Shown: positions 10,400-22,166 of the stretch, in pieces
How positions within the stretch are numbered: position 1 is the stretch's first letter
Layout of the letters: each line of letters starts with the position of its first letter
NCBI GenBank assembly: GCA_030167865.1
Contig: JALAGF010004161.1
Span: 62,001-124,363, forward strand
Length of the DNA stretch: 62,363 nt
Direction: 5' to 3'
From: Craspedostauros australis
Lineage: Eukaryota
Made by a program: the position numbers and the translations under genes
Notes under the pieces: generated by a model
Seen by the model: only the letters and a program-made list of their open reading frames with translations
Database searches by the model: none
What the model was told of the DNA's origin: nothing

Positions 10400-12886
10400 T
10401 ATCCTGCTATCAATGTCGTGGATACTGTGATTGCTGTGATTGCTGTTGATGTTGTGTGTTTTGGTAGATTGTGAGGTGGCACGCTATGGCAGCTTGTGTT
10501 GGGTTGTGTTGGGTTTAGGTTGGGTTTGTTTTTGCTGGCGGAATGAATTGTGACATGAAGCGGTCGGATGGCGTGGCAGCTGTCGCTGTTGATTAGTGGG
10601 TTTTGATTAGTGATTGGTGATGATGAGAGGCTTCAATCGCAGTGATGATGGTGCCTTTGCTTCTTGGGGGTGTTGCTCCCTTGCTCTTTGCTTGACTCGT
10701 ACTCTTCTTGTTGGCGGAATCGGCACCAGCATCAAATGGTGGACGTGTCGCTGCGAAACTAGTACAAAAGCGAGTGAGAAGCGCGGTAACAAGCATGGTA
10801 CTGTTTTGAATTGTGAGGACGTGCGGAACCAAGGCACGGACGAAGTGTCAGTCACATGTGAGCGTGCAAACTTTTTGTGGCGGCGATTCGTGTTTGGCAT
10901 CTTGGGCACAGTTGTTGACAGGCGTATGGTGCCGAGTTTCGCCATGTGTGTGTTGATGCGTGATTTGGATAACGGAAACACAGAGTTCGCGATCGTGCAC
11001 GTTCATCAATTTAATAGCCCCAACACATCTTCTGTGCTTTGGCAACCGCGAACAAAGCGCTCGGTTGGTCGTGACCATACACATAAGTCGTTCTTCATAT
11101 TCCATCGTCACGGCATCACATCGAACGGATGTTGGTGACCCGGCCTATCTGTCGTTAAGCGTTTAGTGTGATAGGGATTCGAATTTATTGGGCTACGGGA
11201 TTGTTCCACTGTTGAGCGAATGAGAATGAGGCAAAAGTCGCCACAAAACAAAGTGAAACGAATCCATTGGGACAGTTCGACATGTTTCGACTCAGCCTCA
11301 CAACTTGAGCATTTCACGCCAGCAACCACAAACATGCCAGAAGAACATCAACACAACATCAAACAAAATCGTCATCTTCATCAGCAGCACCATCACCACC
11401 GCCATAAGCATCCGTAGTTCGCAGAGTGCAGCGCAACGTCAGCATCCACACGAGATGAAGAACGCAAGGGAGAGAGACAGCGCCAGCTTTTCTGAGATCG
11501 AGAGATGAAATGGATTCGTGTATCTGTTCCCAAGGTCGAACGATGCACTTGGATGAATCGCCAACCGCACCTGCTTCGAAGCGGTGAGGCCTTTGCCATC
11601 GTTGACCTTTCCATATGCGTTGAGTGCTCGAAAGGCTTCTGGCAATCGTGGAATATCGCCGCTTCCTTCGTCCTTCAGCCTTCAGCCTTCTCTGCATCCT
11701 CGCGCATCTCTCTCATGATACATCCGTCCCATAACTCCTCATTTTCTGTGCTGTACGACACAATCAAGCAAGACCGGGACGTGCTGCTCGGCAGCAAACA
11801 GAAGCCTGGCACTTTATCCGTTGTGGGCAACCCGAAGTGTCGCAAACGAAGCAGCCGCCCACGGACTTCAATGAGCGCTTCCGTCGGATGCCATCCGCCC
11901 GTGTCACTGTCGTCGCATCGGTGCGCTGTGTTCGCGGCAGGCAAGACCGTTCGGCAGGGCAAGGATCAGGTTGACAGGTGCCGTTTGTACTGCAAACTTA
12001 CGTACAGAAATAGCATGGTAAGTCTAAAAGTGCACAGGCCACCTTATCGTATGCAAAACCCTTCATCACTGGAAGCACAAGAGAACGCCAACCGGCATTC
12101 CACCCTGCAGTCAACTTTGCGGAGAGATGCCATCCGCACCCATCAGCCACACAGCCTCCTTCCCTTTCTATCTCAACCTTCGCCTGCAGTCTTGTTCTTC
12201 GCGGATTCGACAGTTTCCCCCAAGTGAGAAAACATCTTGCGAGATGAGCGATGGACACTACGACCTACTCCAACGAACTTGGCCTGCCAGCATCCACACG
12301 GCTTGTCCCTCTCTTCTTGGTGAGGTGGCGGAGCACAACCCCGCAAATCAAACATGGAGCACGCTTGCGCTTATCCACGAATAGAGCATGCAAAATGCAG
12401 TACGCCATTGGTCTGGAGTGCGCGCATGGGGGGCAAACGCATCTTGAGTGGTCCAGAGAGTATCGAGAGATGAGACCTCCCCTATTCCAGGGCGGCTCCA
12501 TGCCAGGATGTAGAATGCCTCCGAAGGTGAAGCAGCTTGTACTTTTCTGTTTGGTTTGGAAGAACATGATCGCTTGTGTAGTCTTGGTCATCCCGACATG
12601 GGTAGTGAACAAACCGTCATGGTTGCACCGCAATCAAGCCCGCCATATACAATAACGGTTCTTAACGGCTGACCGCCACAAGAAAAGTGGAAACAACCAC
12701 TTTCGGTTCGGCGCATGAACAAGGCGCAAGCTGAAGGATGAGAGATGAGGCAGAGGACAGTGGGTTTGTATGATTGTTATCATGCTAAATGTATTATTAT
12801 ATATAATAGTAGTGTACGAGTGTTTCACGTTCGCTGGAGCAGGTACGGCTCCATCCCTGCTCAATTTATAAAGAGAGTATGTAGAT

Positions 12887-14761
12887 CTAACGCCAGCCTC
12901 GCTGCGGGATGCGGTGGTGGGCACATGTGTAGCACACGGTCGACCCACAACCAGCTCGGCATACCATGCCGTACGCCCAAAGATCGTAACCACAGCGCTC
13001 GCACGAACCTGTCAGGTTCTGGCGGCGCCATGCATGGTTGCAGGTCTCGTTGTGATAGAGCTGGCGCGTTGCCTGTGCCACACGGCGCTCGCGTTCTGCG
13101 GGTCGAAACAGTCTTCCGGCTGCATTCTCCTGGACTCGGACGCGTTGCTGGCCAGCTTCGAAGAGGTTTTGTTCCTCCCACCGAGCGCAATTGCCACTCG
13201 TGCAAAGCCCTGATTCAGAGCTCCAAGGTGATCGGCATTGGTAACAGAACTCAGTGCTACAGAGGGCACACGTCATGTGATTGCAGCCACTTCTCAATGC
13301 GATGACGGCATTGCAGCCTGGGCATTTCTTCCACCCCTTGTTCGAGACCAGCGCTTCGAACTCTTCGTCGGTCTGTTTCGACATCTTCTTGTAGGTCTCG
13401 CAAGAGACGTGAGGATGGCTGGGCATCACGCACTTGCAGCAGATCTCTTTGGTGCACGTTGGGCATGAGAGGAAAGTGGACTCCGTGAGATCCACAAAAT
13501 CGAGATTGATGAAAGCGCTGCAGCACGGGCAGTAGATCTTGTTCTTCGCCTCGATTTCGATCAGCTTGTTGGTTAGGTTAGCGGAGTCGTCGGCCGACAG
13601 GCAGTGATTTGCAGCGCCCATATCGATTGGAAGCTCGCAACACACCAAGGGGAGGAGGGAAACATCACGCAATGCTGCTTTGAACAAACGGGTTAGGCAT
13701 GGTTTACACGAGGCATGTTCGCACGCGAATGAGAATCCACGGATGTTCTCGTCCAGGCAGCTGTAGCAGTTGATGAATGGGAGCGGATACTCTCGTGCGG
13801 GCATCTTGCGGTCATCATCGTTGCCAACAATACCGTAGTTTGAGCTCCAGTAGTCCCGGGCGGACGCAACGCTGGCTCGTGCCGGCGCCCTTGCTAGTGC
13901 CGCAGTAGATGCTCGCGTTGGTGCTCGTGCAGGTACCCTTGCTAGTGCCGTAGCAGATGCTCGTGCTGGTGCTCGTGCTAGTGCTGGTGCTCGTGCTGTC
14001 GCTGGTGTTCTGATCAACGATCTCGCCAGTGTCCTCGCAGGGGCACGTGCCATCGACGTCGCTGCTGATTCTTCTTCTTCGGGGTCCGCGATGGGGCTGG
14101 CAGATGGTGGACCACGAGGGATCACGCGCGCTGTGCCGTTGGCGAGAGCCTCGGCGACATTGACCCTGTTCGTCACGCACGATTTGATGCAGAGTGCCGC
14201 GAGAGATTGGACACCGGGGTTGTTGGCGCGATGCGTCCGAGTGGGCGACAGCGTCTTGGCATATTGGAGATCGTAGTCTTCCTGCAACCTCAGCCTGTCC
14301 ATCTCCACTTGGCATTCCGCGGCGCGCTGGATATCCTGGTGAAATTGCAGCGTCTTTACTCCAGACCCATCCATGGCCAAAGCAATTTTGCTATCGGATA
14401 AGATCTGATTCTGCTCCCGCAGATCCTCGTTGAGCATCTGGATGATCAGAGGATCCAGGCTGTCCTTTTCTTCGGCGCTCGCAACATTGACGATCTCATC
14501 CGAATGAAGATGCAGGGCCTTTTCATGGTCGGACAGGTCGTGCAGAGTCTTGAGCCGCTCGATGGCATCCCACAGAAAGCGACGGACGGCAAGAGAGCGG
14601 ATGGCAAGCTCTGCCTTGAGATCAGTCTTCTGAAGCGTCAGTAGGACAGATCCATCAATTTCATTGTCCTGGAGGGAACAGATCACAGGGTCAGGTAGAC
14701 GGGCGCCTCTTGCCCATTCGACCACCTTCTGTTGGTCCCAGCAAGCTGGAGATTCGGACAT
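12887..14761 (-). CDS. SAM-domain RBR (RING1-IBR-RING2) E3 ubiquitin ligase with an extra C-terminal Cys/His finger; single exon
   Basis: SAM signature WDQQKVVEWA...LQDNEIDGSVLLTLQKTDLKAELAIRSLAVRRFLWDAIERL. RING1 CYSC...CEHASCKPC...CC, IBR YCPCC...CPTCTKEICCKC...H...C, RING2 CPGC...SGCNHMTC..C...FCYQC. Start placed at MSESP (14761), matching the paralog's ATG; the ORF is open up to 14908. Confidence 0.9.
   Translation of the reverse strand: MSESPACWDQQKVVEWARGARLPDPVICSLQDNEIDGSVLLTLQKTDLKAELAIRSLAVRRFLWDAIERLKTLHDLSDHEKALHLHSDEIVNVASAEEKDSLDPLIIQMLNEDLREQNQILSDSKIALAMDGSGVKTLQFHQDIQRAAECQVEMDRLRLQEDYDLQYAKTLSPTRTHRANNPGVQSLAALCIKSCVTNRVNVAEALANGTARVIPRGPPSASPIADPEEEESAATSMARAPARTLARSLIRTPATARAPALARAPARASATALARVPARAPTRASTAALARAPARASVASARDYWSSNYGIVGNDDDRKMPAREYPLPFINCYSCLDENIRGFSFACEHASCKPCLTRLFKAALRDVSLLPLVCCELPIDMGAANHCLSADDSANLTNKLIEIEAKNKIYCPCCSAFINLDFVDLTESTFLSCPTCTKEICCKCVMPSHPHVSCETYKKMSKQTDEEFEALVSNKGWKKCPGCNAVIALRSGCNHMTCALCSTEFCYQCRSPWSSESGLCTSGNCARWEEQNLFEAGQQRVRVQENAAGRLFRPAERERRVAQATRQLYHNETCNHAWRRQNLTGSCERCGYDLWAYGMVCRAGCGSTVCYTCAHHRIPQRGWR
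13865..14052 (-). repeat. Coding Ala-Arg-Ala-Pro degenerate repeat (gcacgagcacca units) in the RBR linker
   Basis: Translates as ARAPARTLARSLIRTPATARAPALARAPARASATALARVPARAPTRASTAALARAPARAS. Confidence 0.85.
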
Positions 14762-15316
14762 GTCGAAGCCTTGCTGATCTGATCGTCCAAGGTACGCCGA
14801 TTGGTGCGGTAGTGATTTCTCTTGGAGCTCAAGGATTCTGTAGAAAGTGTGTGTTCTTTCTGAATATGAGACAATGCTGTAGATAGAGAGCGCCCTCCAG
14901 GAATCCATGCCGCGCGAAGAGGACCAGCATCATGGATTTCCTCCAGATTTTGCTGCGAACGAGAACAAGGATCAGTAACAATATTTCAGTTCGTAAGGAA
15001 TGTACATGCGTTGATCAGGGCAGTTTGCAAGATTCCGGCTTTCTCTTCAGAGGAGGCAGTAAGTAGAGGAGATTGTGTCGGTAGGATGCTCGCCCAAGCG
15101 TCCGCACCTCTGGCACTGTCTGATCGAACGATGGCTGATTCGATCTGTTGGTCATCGGTGATCTTCAAAGACCCACCTATATTTCCACGCCAATCGGTTG
15201 GTGTGGAGCACTCTGACCGGCCATCGTCCATTCACCTGCGCTACACTGTGCTGCAAACGACGACGCTCCACTACGGCCCGTGCTCCGATTTCGTTCGGAA
15301 TGCCTCCTGCCAACCT

Positions 15317-16055
15317 CGTTATGGGATACGATGGTGCGCACATATGTCGCATGAAATCCGTGCACGCACAAGCAGCTCGGTACACCATTTTTACACCCAC
15401 AGATCGCGACCACAGCGCTCGCACGATCCCTGATAGCGCCATTCATGATTGCAGGTCTCATTTCGGTAGAGCTGGCGCGCTGCCTCCTCCATAGGTGCAG
15501 CGCTCACGTTCCTCTCGTCGGAACAGCTGCATGCACCTCGACTCGGACGCGGCCATTTTCAGCTTCAATGAGGTTTTTCGGCTCCCATCGATCGCATGTA
15601 CCGCTCATACAATTGCCTGAATGAGAGCCCCAAGTCGATCGACACTGGGAACAAAACTCCGAGGTGCAGAGAGAAAATTTCATGTGATTGCAGCCATGGC
15701 TTAATGCGATGACGGCACTGCAGCCTGGGCATTTCTTCCACCCCTTGTCCGAGACCAGCGCTTCGTCTGTTTGTCTCGACATCGTCCTGTACATCGCACA
15801 CGAGACTTGCGCGGAAGGTGGAAGCGATGCACGGCAACGCAGCGGATGGAAAGCTCGGCCTTGAGGTCGCTCTTTTCGAGCCTCAGTAGGACGGGTCCAT
15901 CAATCTCATTCTCTTGCAGCTATGCCACTACAGGATCGGGCAGACCGGCACTTTTTGCCAATGCGATCACCTGCTGTTGATCCCAGGAGGCTGCAGATTC
16001 GGACATTGTGCAGGTCTTGCTTATCTGCTCGTTTGGGGTACGTCGCTTGATGCTG
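15317..16055 (-). pseudogene. Degenerate, internally deleted tandem copy of the SAM-RBR gene
   Basis: MSESAASWDQQQVIALAKSAGLPDPVVA*LQENEIDGPVLLRLEKSDLKAELSIR has an in-frame stop. It is fused near 15820 to ...MSRQTDEALVSDKGWKKCPGCSAVIALSHGCNHMKFSLC. DNA similarity to 12890-13420 and 14575-14810 is visible, with frameshifts in the 3' part. Confidence 0.9.
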
Positions 16056-16421
16056 AAATGTTGACTTCCATTGCGGACCCAGTGCCCTGGATCAGTCCAA
16101 ATGCTTGGCTTGGCTTGGTTGTGGGCGGGAGGTTTCAGCGGCATCACGTCATTGTTGGTGCGATCATCTTTTGTTCCGTCATCATGTTGGATCTATCAAG
16201 GGGTCGCGGTATGAATACATTATTCTAATATATAGGTGTTTCTCAACTGGATTCATTATTGCAGTAGACTATATTCTGGAATATTGTATATTATATGAAA
16301 TATATTTATTTACGCATAACCCCATTCATTCCGCCCAATCAAACTTCATGCCGTCACAGGAAGCCATCACCAACATCAAACCCAGAGACCGACAGAGAAA
16401 TGAACGAATCTCCTTGACCTG

Positions 16422-16653
16422 TTGAAATCATGTCCGCAGCATCTCGATGGAAGCCAACAAACGGTGAATGAACAAGCCCACCTGCAGTTGCGCGGAACGA
16501 TGACTTCAAGGTCGCACGAACGCTCGCGCACGATCGTGTCGAGTGACGAAACCTGCAGCCAAAGATCCGATCTCAATGACCGACGGCTGCGCCCAGCAAG
16601 CCATGCATCCACAGATGCTTCTGTCGAGCTATCATCATCATCATCAGCATCAG

Positions 16654-16684
<31 letters not shown>

Positions 16685-18290
16685 AGCAACAACAACAATG
16701 GCAGCGTCTGGCATGAACATACCACGCATGCGGCGGCGCCGGAAAGAGCACAGCACGATCACGCCAAAGAGTTCGCGACCGCCCACGCTTTCGGAAGGCA
16801 ATTCCAAATTCCACCACCGCAAGCCCAGGCCCCTCTGCTTCTGTGGCACGATCGCCTGCGTCGCTTGGTTGGCGCTGATCATCTTCGCGAGCACGCGATC
16901 CGCAACCTTGCGCAAAGGCATACGCAGCGGCGTCGTGCGCAGCTTCTTGCCGCGGCCGCGCAACTACACGTGTTCCCAGCTGTTCGATGCCCAGCAGCTG
17001 CGGTACAATGCCGCGATGCAATGCCTCGAGCACAGCGCCATGCAATGGGTGGCATGTGCCATGGGCGATGTTGCCATCGACGACGCGCAACTCTACGGGC
17101 CCGTCGGTGGCGAATCGATCGCGAGTGTGGCGGGGCGGTCCGTCGAAGAGGAGAATTTGTACATGGAGCCCGGATCGTTGCTGTTGCCCGATACGGCGGT
17201 GGCGCGGCGGCAGGTATCGAACATCCTGAACTTTGCGATCACCGGATCGTTGTTGGAATTCCTGCAATCGAGGCAGTACGTTGCGCCCGACGACATCGAC
17301 GGTTCAGTGTCCGTGGCGCCGCGGATAATGCACGTCATTGTCAAGCGTGGCGACTACGCCAATCCCTGCATGGCCATGATATCCATCTACAACACGTGGT
17401 TGACGTTGCAGCATCTACCGACTGTTCCAGATTTGTCCAAAGTGCAGATCGTGTGGTTGGATGGACATGCACAGGGAGCCATGGATTCGGTGTGGACGAC
17501 GCTCTTCGGAAATGAACCGCTGCACATCAAGCAGATGTTTCAGCGGGCAAAGACATCAGCAGCAGAGCGACAGGCGGGGGATTCCGCGCACAACACGTTG
17601 GTTCAGCTGAGAAATGCAATCATCGTCAATGATCAGTCCATCTTTCAGGACAGGTTCATGGCGCATTACAATTGGAGAGAGGATTCCAACGATTCTAACG
17701 ATGCTGATGCTCAAGAGAATCAAGACCACATCGCCGCCACAGCCACGAATCCTGATGCAATCGATACCGCAACAACTTCCCGACGCTGCGGCCCGGATTC
17801 CACGCTCCTCGCGTTCCGCAACTTCGTTTTGCAGCGCTACAACCAGCTCCCCACGAGCGATAGCACCGCCCGCCCCCTCCTCACGTTGCTAATTCGCAAG
17901 AACTACAAAGCCCATCCGCGCTCCGACGGCCGCACGGACCGGACCTTGACGAACGTCTCGCAAGATGTCGAGTACCTGCAATCGCAGTACGCGACGCACG
18001 ACATCGAGGTCGTCGCGTTCGAAGGCCTGCCATTCGAGCAACAGCTGCGGCAGATGGTGCGCACCGATATCTTCGTTGCCGTGCACGGCGCTGGCAATAT
18101 CCACGTGCTGTTCTTGGTCAAGCCGGGTGCGAGGTTTGTGGAGTACGTGCCGAAGCAGTTTGAGACGCGCAAGCGATTCCGGTTCATTGCGGAGTGTCTC
18201 GACGTGCCGTACCTCGCGTTGCCGGCGCCGATCGATGAAGTGTACGCGCATCAACGAATATCGGTGCGGTTGAAGCCGACCGCGGACTGA
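16422..18290 (+). CDS. Type II membrane glycosyltransferase, GT61 (DUF563/EOGT-like); true start probably later (e.g. ATG 16698)
   Basis: Single TM (IACVAWLALIIFA). C-terminal GT61 motifs LLIRKNY...R.LTN, LPFEQQLRQMVRTDIFVAVHGAGNIHVLF and VEY. Confidence 0.82.
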
Positions 18291-18675
18291 ATGGTCCAGC
18301 ATGCTGGAAACGCTACTGTCGAGGGTGCGTGTACTATTATTTGGTAGATTGACTAGGGAGACGAACAACACCGCATGCTGTGCAAGGAAGCAGCGAGTGG
18401 TCTTGGCCATGTTGCAAGAGGAGACTCAAACGTGCTTGAATTGTGACCGTATGAAATTATTGTGCTTTATACTGTTGTTCATTTGGGAGTGTACCTGTTC
18501 TGCACTGTGCTCCACTGCACTCCGCTGCTCTGCGCCATGCTCGTTCCACCATAGGTATGCATGCATTCATGCATGGATGTGTGAGTTCTCACCCATGCTG
18601 CCGTCGCTTCTTGCATTGCATCATGCAGGCATCATCTGCAGTTGTATTTGTATGCGAGTATCCACACACGCCGAT

Positions 18676-20574
18676 TTACACGACATCCTTGTCGAACCGT
18701 TTCGTGCCGGCACCGTCCGCGGGCGTCGATAACCTGGTATCGACATCGAGACGTTCGCTCTTGTTTGGCTTCTTCTTGTTCTTGGCTCTGATCTCCGATG
18801 CCCGGTTGGGAACCTCGCCGTCGCTGCTGTGCAGCTCGTCCACTTGTTCGTCGAGGTTGACGGCGATCTCGTCAAAGTCGGGACGTTGCTGGAAGTCGTG
18901 GTTCCAGCACGACATCATGAGGACCGTCCACGCCTGCGGCCAGCTCCGGTCAGGCTTGGGGCGATGTCCATTCTGCACGACCTGTTCGGCATGCGCTCTG
19001 GTGGAGAATCCCGCGTAGGGCGTCTGCAGGGAGCAGATCTGCCAGAACAGAATCCCGAAGGAGTAGGCATCGACGCGCTGGTTGTAGGCCTCTCCGCGCG
19101 CCACCTCGGGCGCCATGTACCGCAGGGAACCGGTGTTGGCCGTCATGAGGTAGAGGCCGTCGTCGCCCTTGTCGGCCGGATTCAACCGTTTGGCCAATCC
19201 AAAATCGAAGACCTTGAGGTTGCCGCTGGCATCGAATCCCACGTTGCTGAATGAATGAGTGATTGGGTTGACGAATTGATGAATGAATGAGTGTGCATGA
19301 TGATGAGTTAGTTGTGAGTGATTCCAGGAGGATGCAATGGCAGTACATACACTCTCCCAATTACCAACAGAGCAGCTGAATATTCTGACCTTCGACAACA
19401 CACAACACACAACACACAATCAACCACACATACACACGCACGCACGCATATGCATACACAGCATGATGACCAACGTACTCTGGTTTCAAATCACGATACA
19501 CGATGGCGTTGGAATGCAGATAGTACATGGCGTTGGCGATATCACGCGCCGCGGCAATGCGCTCCATCCACGCCTGATGCAAGGGCGGTTCCTTGGAACA
19601 GCAGTATCCGAAGGGACCGAACCAAAAGCCAATGTTCTCTCCCACGACCTTGCGCCAATGATTGAACTTGCGATCCAACGTGACGACCAACCGATCCAGG
19701 ATGACGAAGAATTTGGATTCGTGCGGATCGGAATTGGCCAATGCTCGCATGGAGATGACGTTCTCGTGAGACAAGACGGAAAGGAAGTCGGCCTCGATGG
19801 CGAGATCGACGATGCCCTTCGTGTACTCCTCCTCCGGGAGGTCCGTCCGCAGCGTCTTCATGACGTACTGCGTGTCGCGCATGGAGGACGAGAAGCCAGC
19901 GCGCAGCTTGGCGTCTTCATCGGATGTGTCATAAACCTCCTGCAGATCGATGGCCTCCACTTTGCTGACGACCGAGAATCCGCCCTGTCCCAGCATGCGT
20001 CCCAAGGTTATTTCTGTGATTCATATTATATGATTCATATCATATATGTGCGAGTAGAGAAATTGGTGTTGCCGGTATTGCCATTGGCATTGCCATTGGT
20101 ATTGCCATTGGTTATGTCATCGTCGTCGTCGTCCAGCCAGTCATTGGAAATGAAGGAACATGGATAGATTCATGCATTCATTCATTCATGCATTCATTGA
20201 TATGTGAGTTGATGTGTGAGTTGATTGGATGAGAGATTGAACAATGATGTAGTCTTTGGAGAATCCAGGAGTCGTTATCATCGTGATGCACAGAACCAAC
20301 AGAGAGACGAACGACAATCACACTCTCCGCTCTGGCATCCGAACTCCATCACGCAGGCACTCGCACTGTTCCTTGTCGCCAACATCAAAGAAGCGTGGTA
20401 TGGTGCAATACCCGAAGACGTCCCACACACCCACGATCCAATGACATGGCGTTTGCACGCTTCAAAGACGAAACACAGCATCACGTGACATCATGGTCCA
20501 GAGCATTGTAACGCACCGGTAAGCGCCAGCTTGGGCAGAGCCTTGTTCCTCGCTGCATCTCCTGCCATCACCAT
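18676..20574 (-). CDS. Ser/Thr (TKL-like) protein kinase; exons 20574-20517, 20013-19479, 19246-18676
   Basis: LGQGGFSVV, YVMK, YRDLKPD|NVGF (spliced), DFGLAK, TGSLRYMAPEV and DAYSFG. Both introns are GT-AG and phase-compatible. Confidence 0.93.
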
Positions 20575-21374
20575 CTTGCTCTTCCTTGATTTCTATTCTC
20601 GCGCTGCTTTCCCTCCTGATTCAACTTTATTCAGCTCTATTCAACTCTATTCAACTTGGTTTGATGTGATTTGAGGAATGAACAAATGAATGAATGAACG
20701 ATCCACTCTATTGCCGTTCTTGTCACTTCGCTTCAGTGTTTGTCTCGGTGCTTGGTCGCTATCCTTGTCCTTGCCTTTATCCTTATCCTTGCTCTTATCA
20801 TCCACGATGCCTGAATTTCGATTGGAATGGAGCTGTCTCTTCGATCAAGATGGGTTCTGTGGATGGGTTGATTGACTCCTTCAACTGTCTTGGTTGATTG
20901 TGTTCTTGGTTGGTGGGTGCACTCACTGCTGTTTCCCCACGGTTGCCGTTCTTGTCGTTGTTTTTGATGTTCTTGCATTCCTCTTCTTTCTTGCCTCCGT
21001 CCGTTTGTCGGTTGTCGTTGGACGTCTTTGGTGGGAGAACAAGAGACGAACGAAAATGCCTAATTCCACTCACTTTTTTGTGTCATATGAGTGTCATATA
21101 TAACGGTTAGTTAACGTTTCGGTTCACAAACCACGAATCAAAAGTTAGACTTTCTACGAAAGCCAGACCAAGAAGTTTGGACTTGATGTGTGTCCACGCT
21201 GAACGCTGCCGCCATGGCGCATGGTCTCGTCGATGCATATGATATCGTCGATGATGACAAGGATCTGCGTTTGAGTGCGCGAGGCTGCCCTGATACTCGT
21301 GGCAAACCTCACTAGCCGCGCACAAATTGTCGGTACTCTTGCGGTATCTCCATTCTACTCGACCATCATCTGCT

Positions 21375-22166
21375 CTACTTCGAGTTGTCCTTGTATCCTT
21401 CGCCACCTTCGGCTTCGACGCCCATGCAATCGACAGGCTTGGCCGTCATGGGACCCTGCGGCAGGACCTCGATGAGGTAGCCATCGGGATCCTTGACGAA
21501 GGCCAACCCTTTCATACCGCCCGAGTTCGGCGATTTGTGGAACGTGCATCCTAATTCCTTGAAACGCTCGCATGCCTCATAGACATCGGGCACGGTGATG
21601 CCAAGGTGACCGAACCCGCCCTTCACGCTGCTGCCGTCGGCCACGCCCGTGCTGTCGGCGTTGCCCGTGTTGTAGACCAACCCATCCTGCGTCTCGCTGC
21701 CGTAATTCCAAGTCAATTCGATGCAGCCCGGTAGGTTCATGCAGTACTGCCACTGCTCTTCGGGAGACTGCGGAATGTGGACGGCGTCGACGGGCGCCAC
21801 GAAGTAGACGTTGAATTCCCATTGCGGGAATTCGCGGTACATGACGAGCTTGAAGCCGAGCACGTCGCAGTAGAATTCCAGCGACTTTTGCGGGTTCTTG
21901 ACGCGCACCATGGTCTGCTGCATCACGAAATCCTGTGTGCCGTCGGGTCGGTCGCCGGCCATGAAGCGCGAGACGTCGGGGCTGGCCATGTCGAGGGCGG
22001 ATTCCGATCTTGGGCGTTGCGCGTTGCGCTGATTGATGGTATGAGTGCAGGTCAATGATGCGAAGGAAGGCGATGACGCGACGCGTGTGTTTGTGATTTG
22101 GAATGCTGAGGCGACGGATGCTGCGCCGACTATCGCCGCAGTCGCGGAAATTGGTGAGATCCTCAT
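21375..22166 (-). CDS. GLO1: Glyoxalase I (lactoylglutathione lyase) with bipartite plastid-type presequence
   Basis: QQTMVRVKNPQKSLEFYCDVLG, IELTWNYG, GFGHLGITVPDVYEAC and AFVKDPDGYLIE. N-terminus MRISPISATAAIVGAASVASAF-QIT; ATG at 22166 preferred over the longer ORF start. Confidence 0.94.
   Translation of the reverse strand: MRISPISATAAIVGAASVASAFQITNTRVASSPSFASLTCTHTINQRNAQRPRSESALDMASPDVSRFMAGDRPDGTQDFVMQQTMVRVKNPQKSLEFYCDVLGFKLVMYREFPQWEFNVYFVAPVDAVHIPQSPEEQWQYCMNLPGCIELTWNYGSETQDGLVYNTGNADSTGVADGSSVKGGFGHLGITVPDVYEACERFKELGCTFHKSPNSGGMKGLAFVKDPDGYLIEVLPQGPMTAKPVDCMGVEAEGGEGYKDNSK

Noticed and set aside
12180..12460. Faint SAM-like words on the minus strand (LWTTQD, ICGVVLRHLTKK, SIAHLARCFL) suggesting a third RBR copy
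   Set aside because: The fragments are in different frames with wrong spacing, and I see no DNA-level similarity to the RBR gene.
20076..20112. 12-bp repeat (ATTGCCATTGG[CT]) and (ATTC)n/(TGGA)n runs in introns and intergenic DNA
   Set aside because: Ordinary simple repeats with no unique spacers, so not CRISPR-like.
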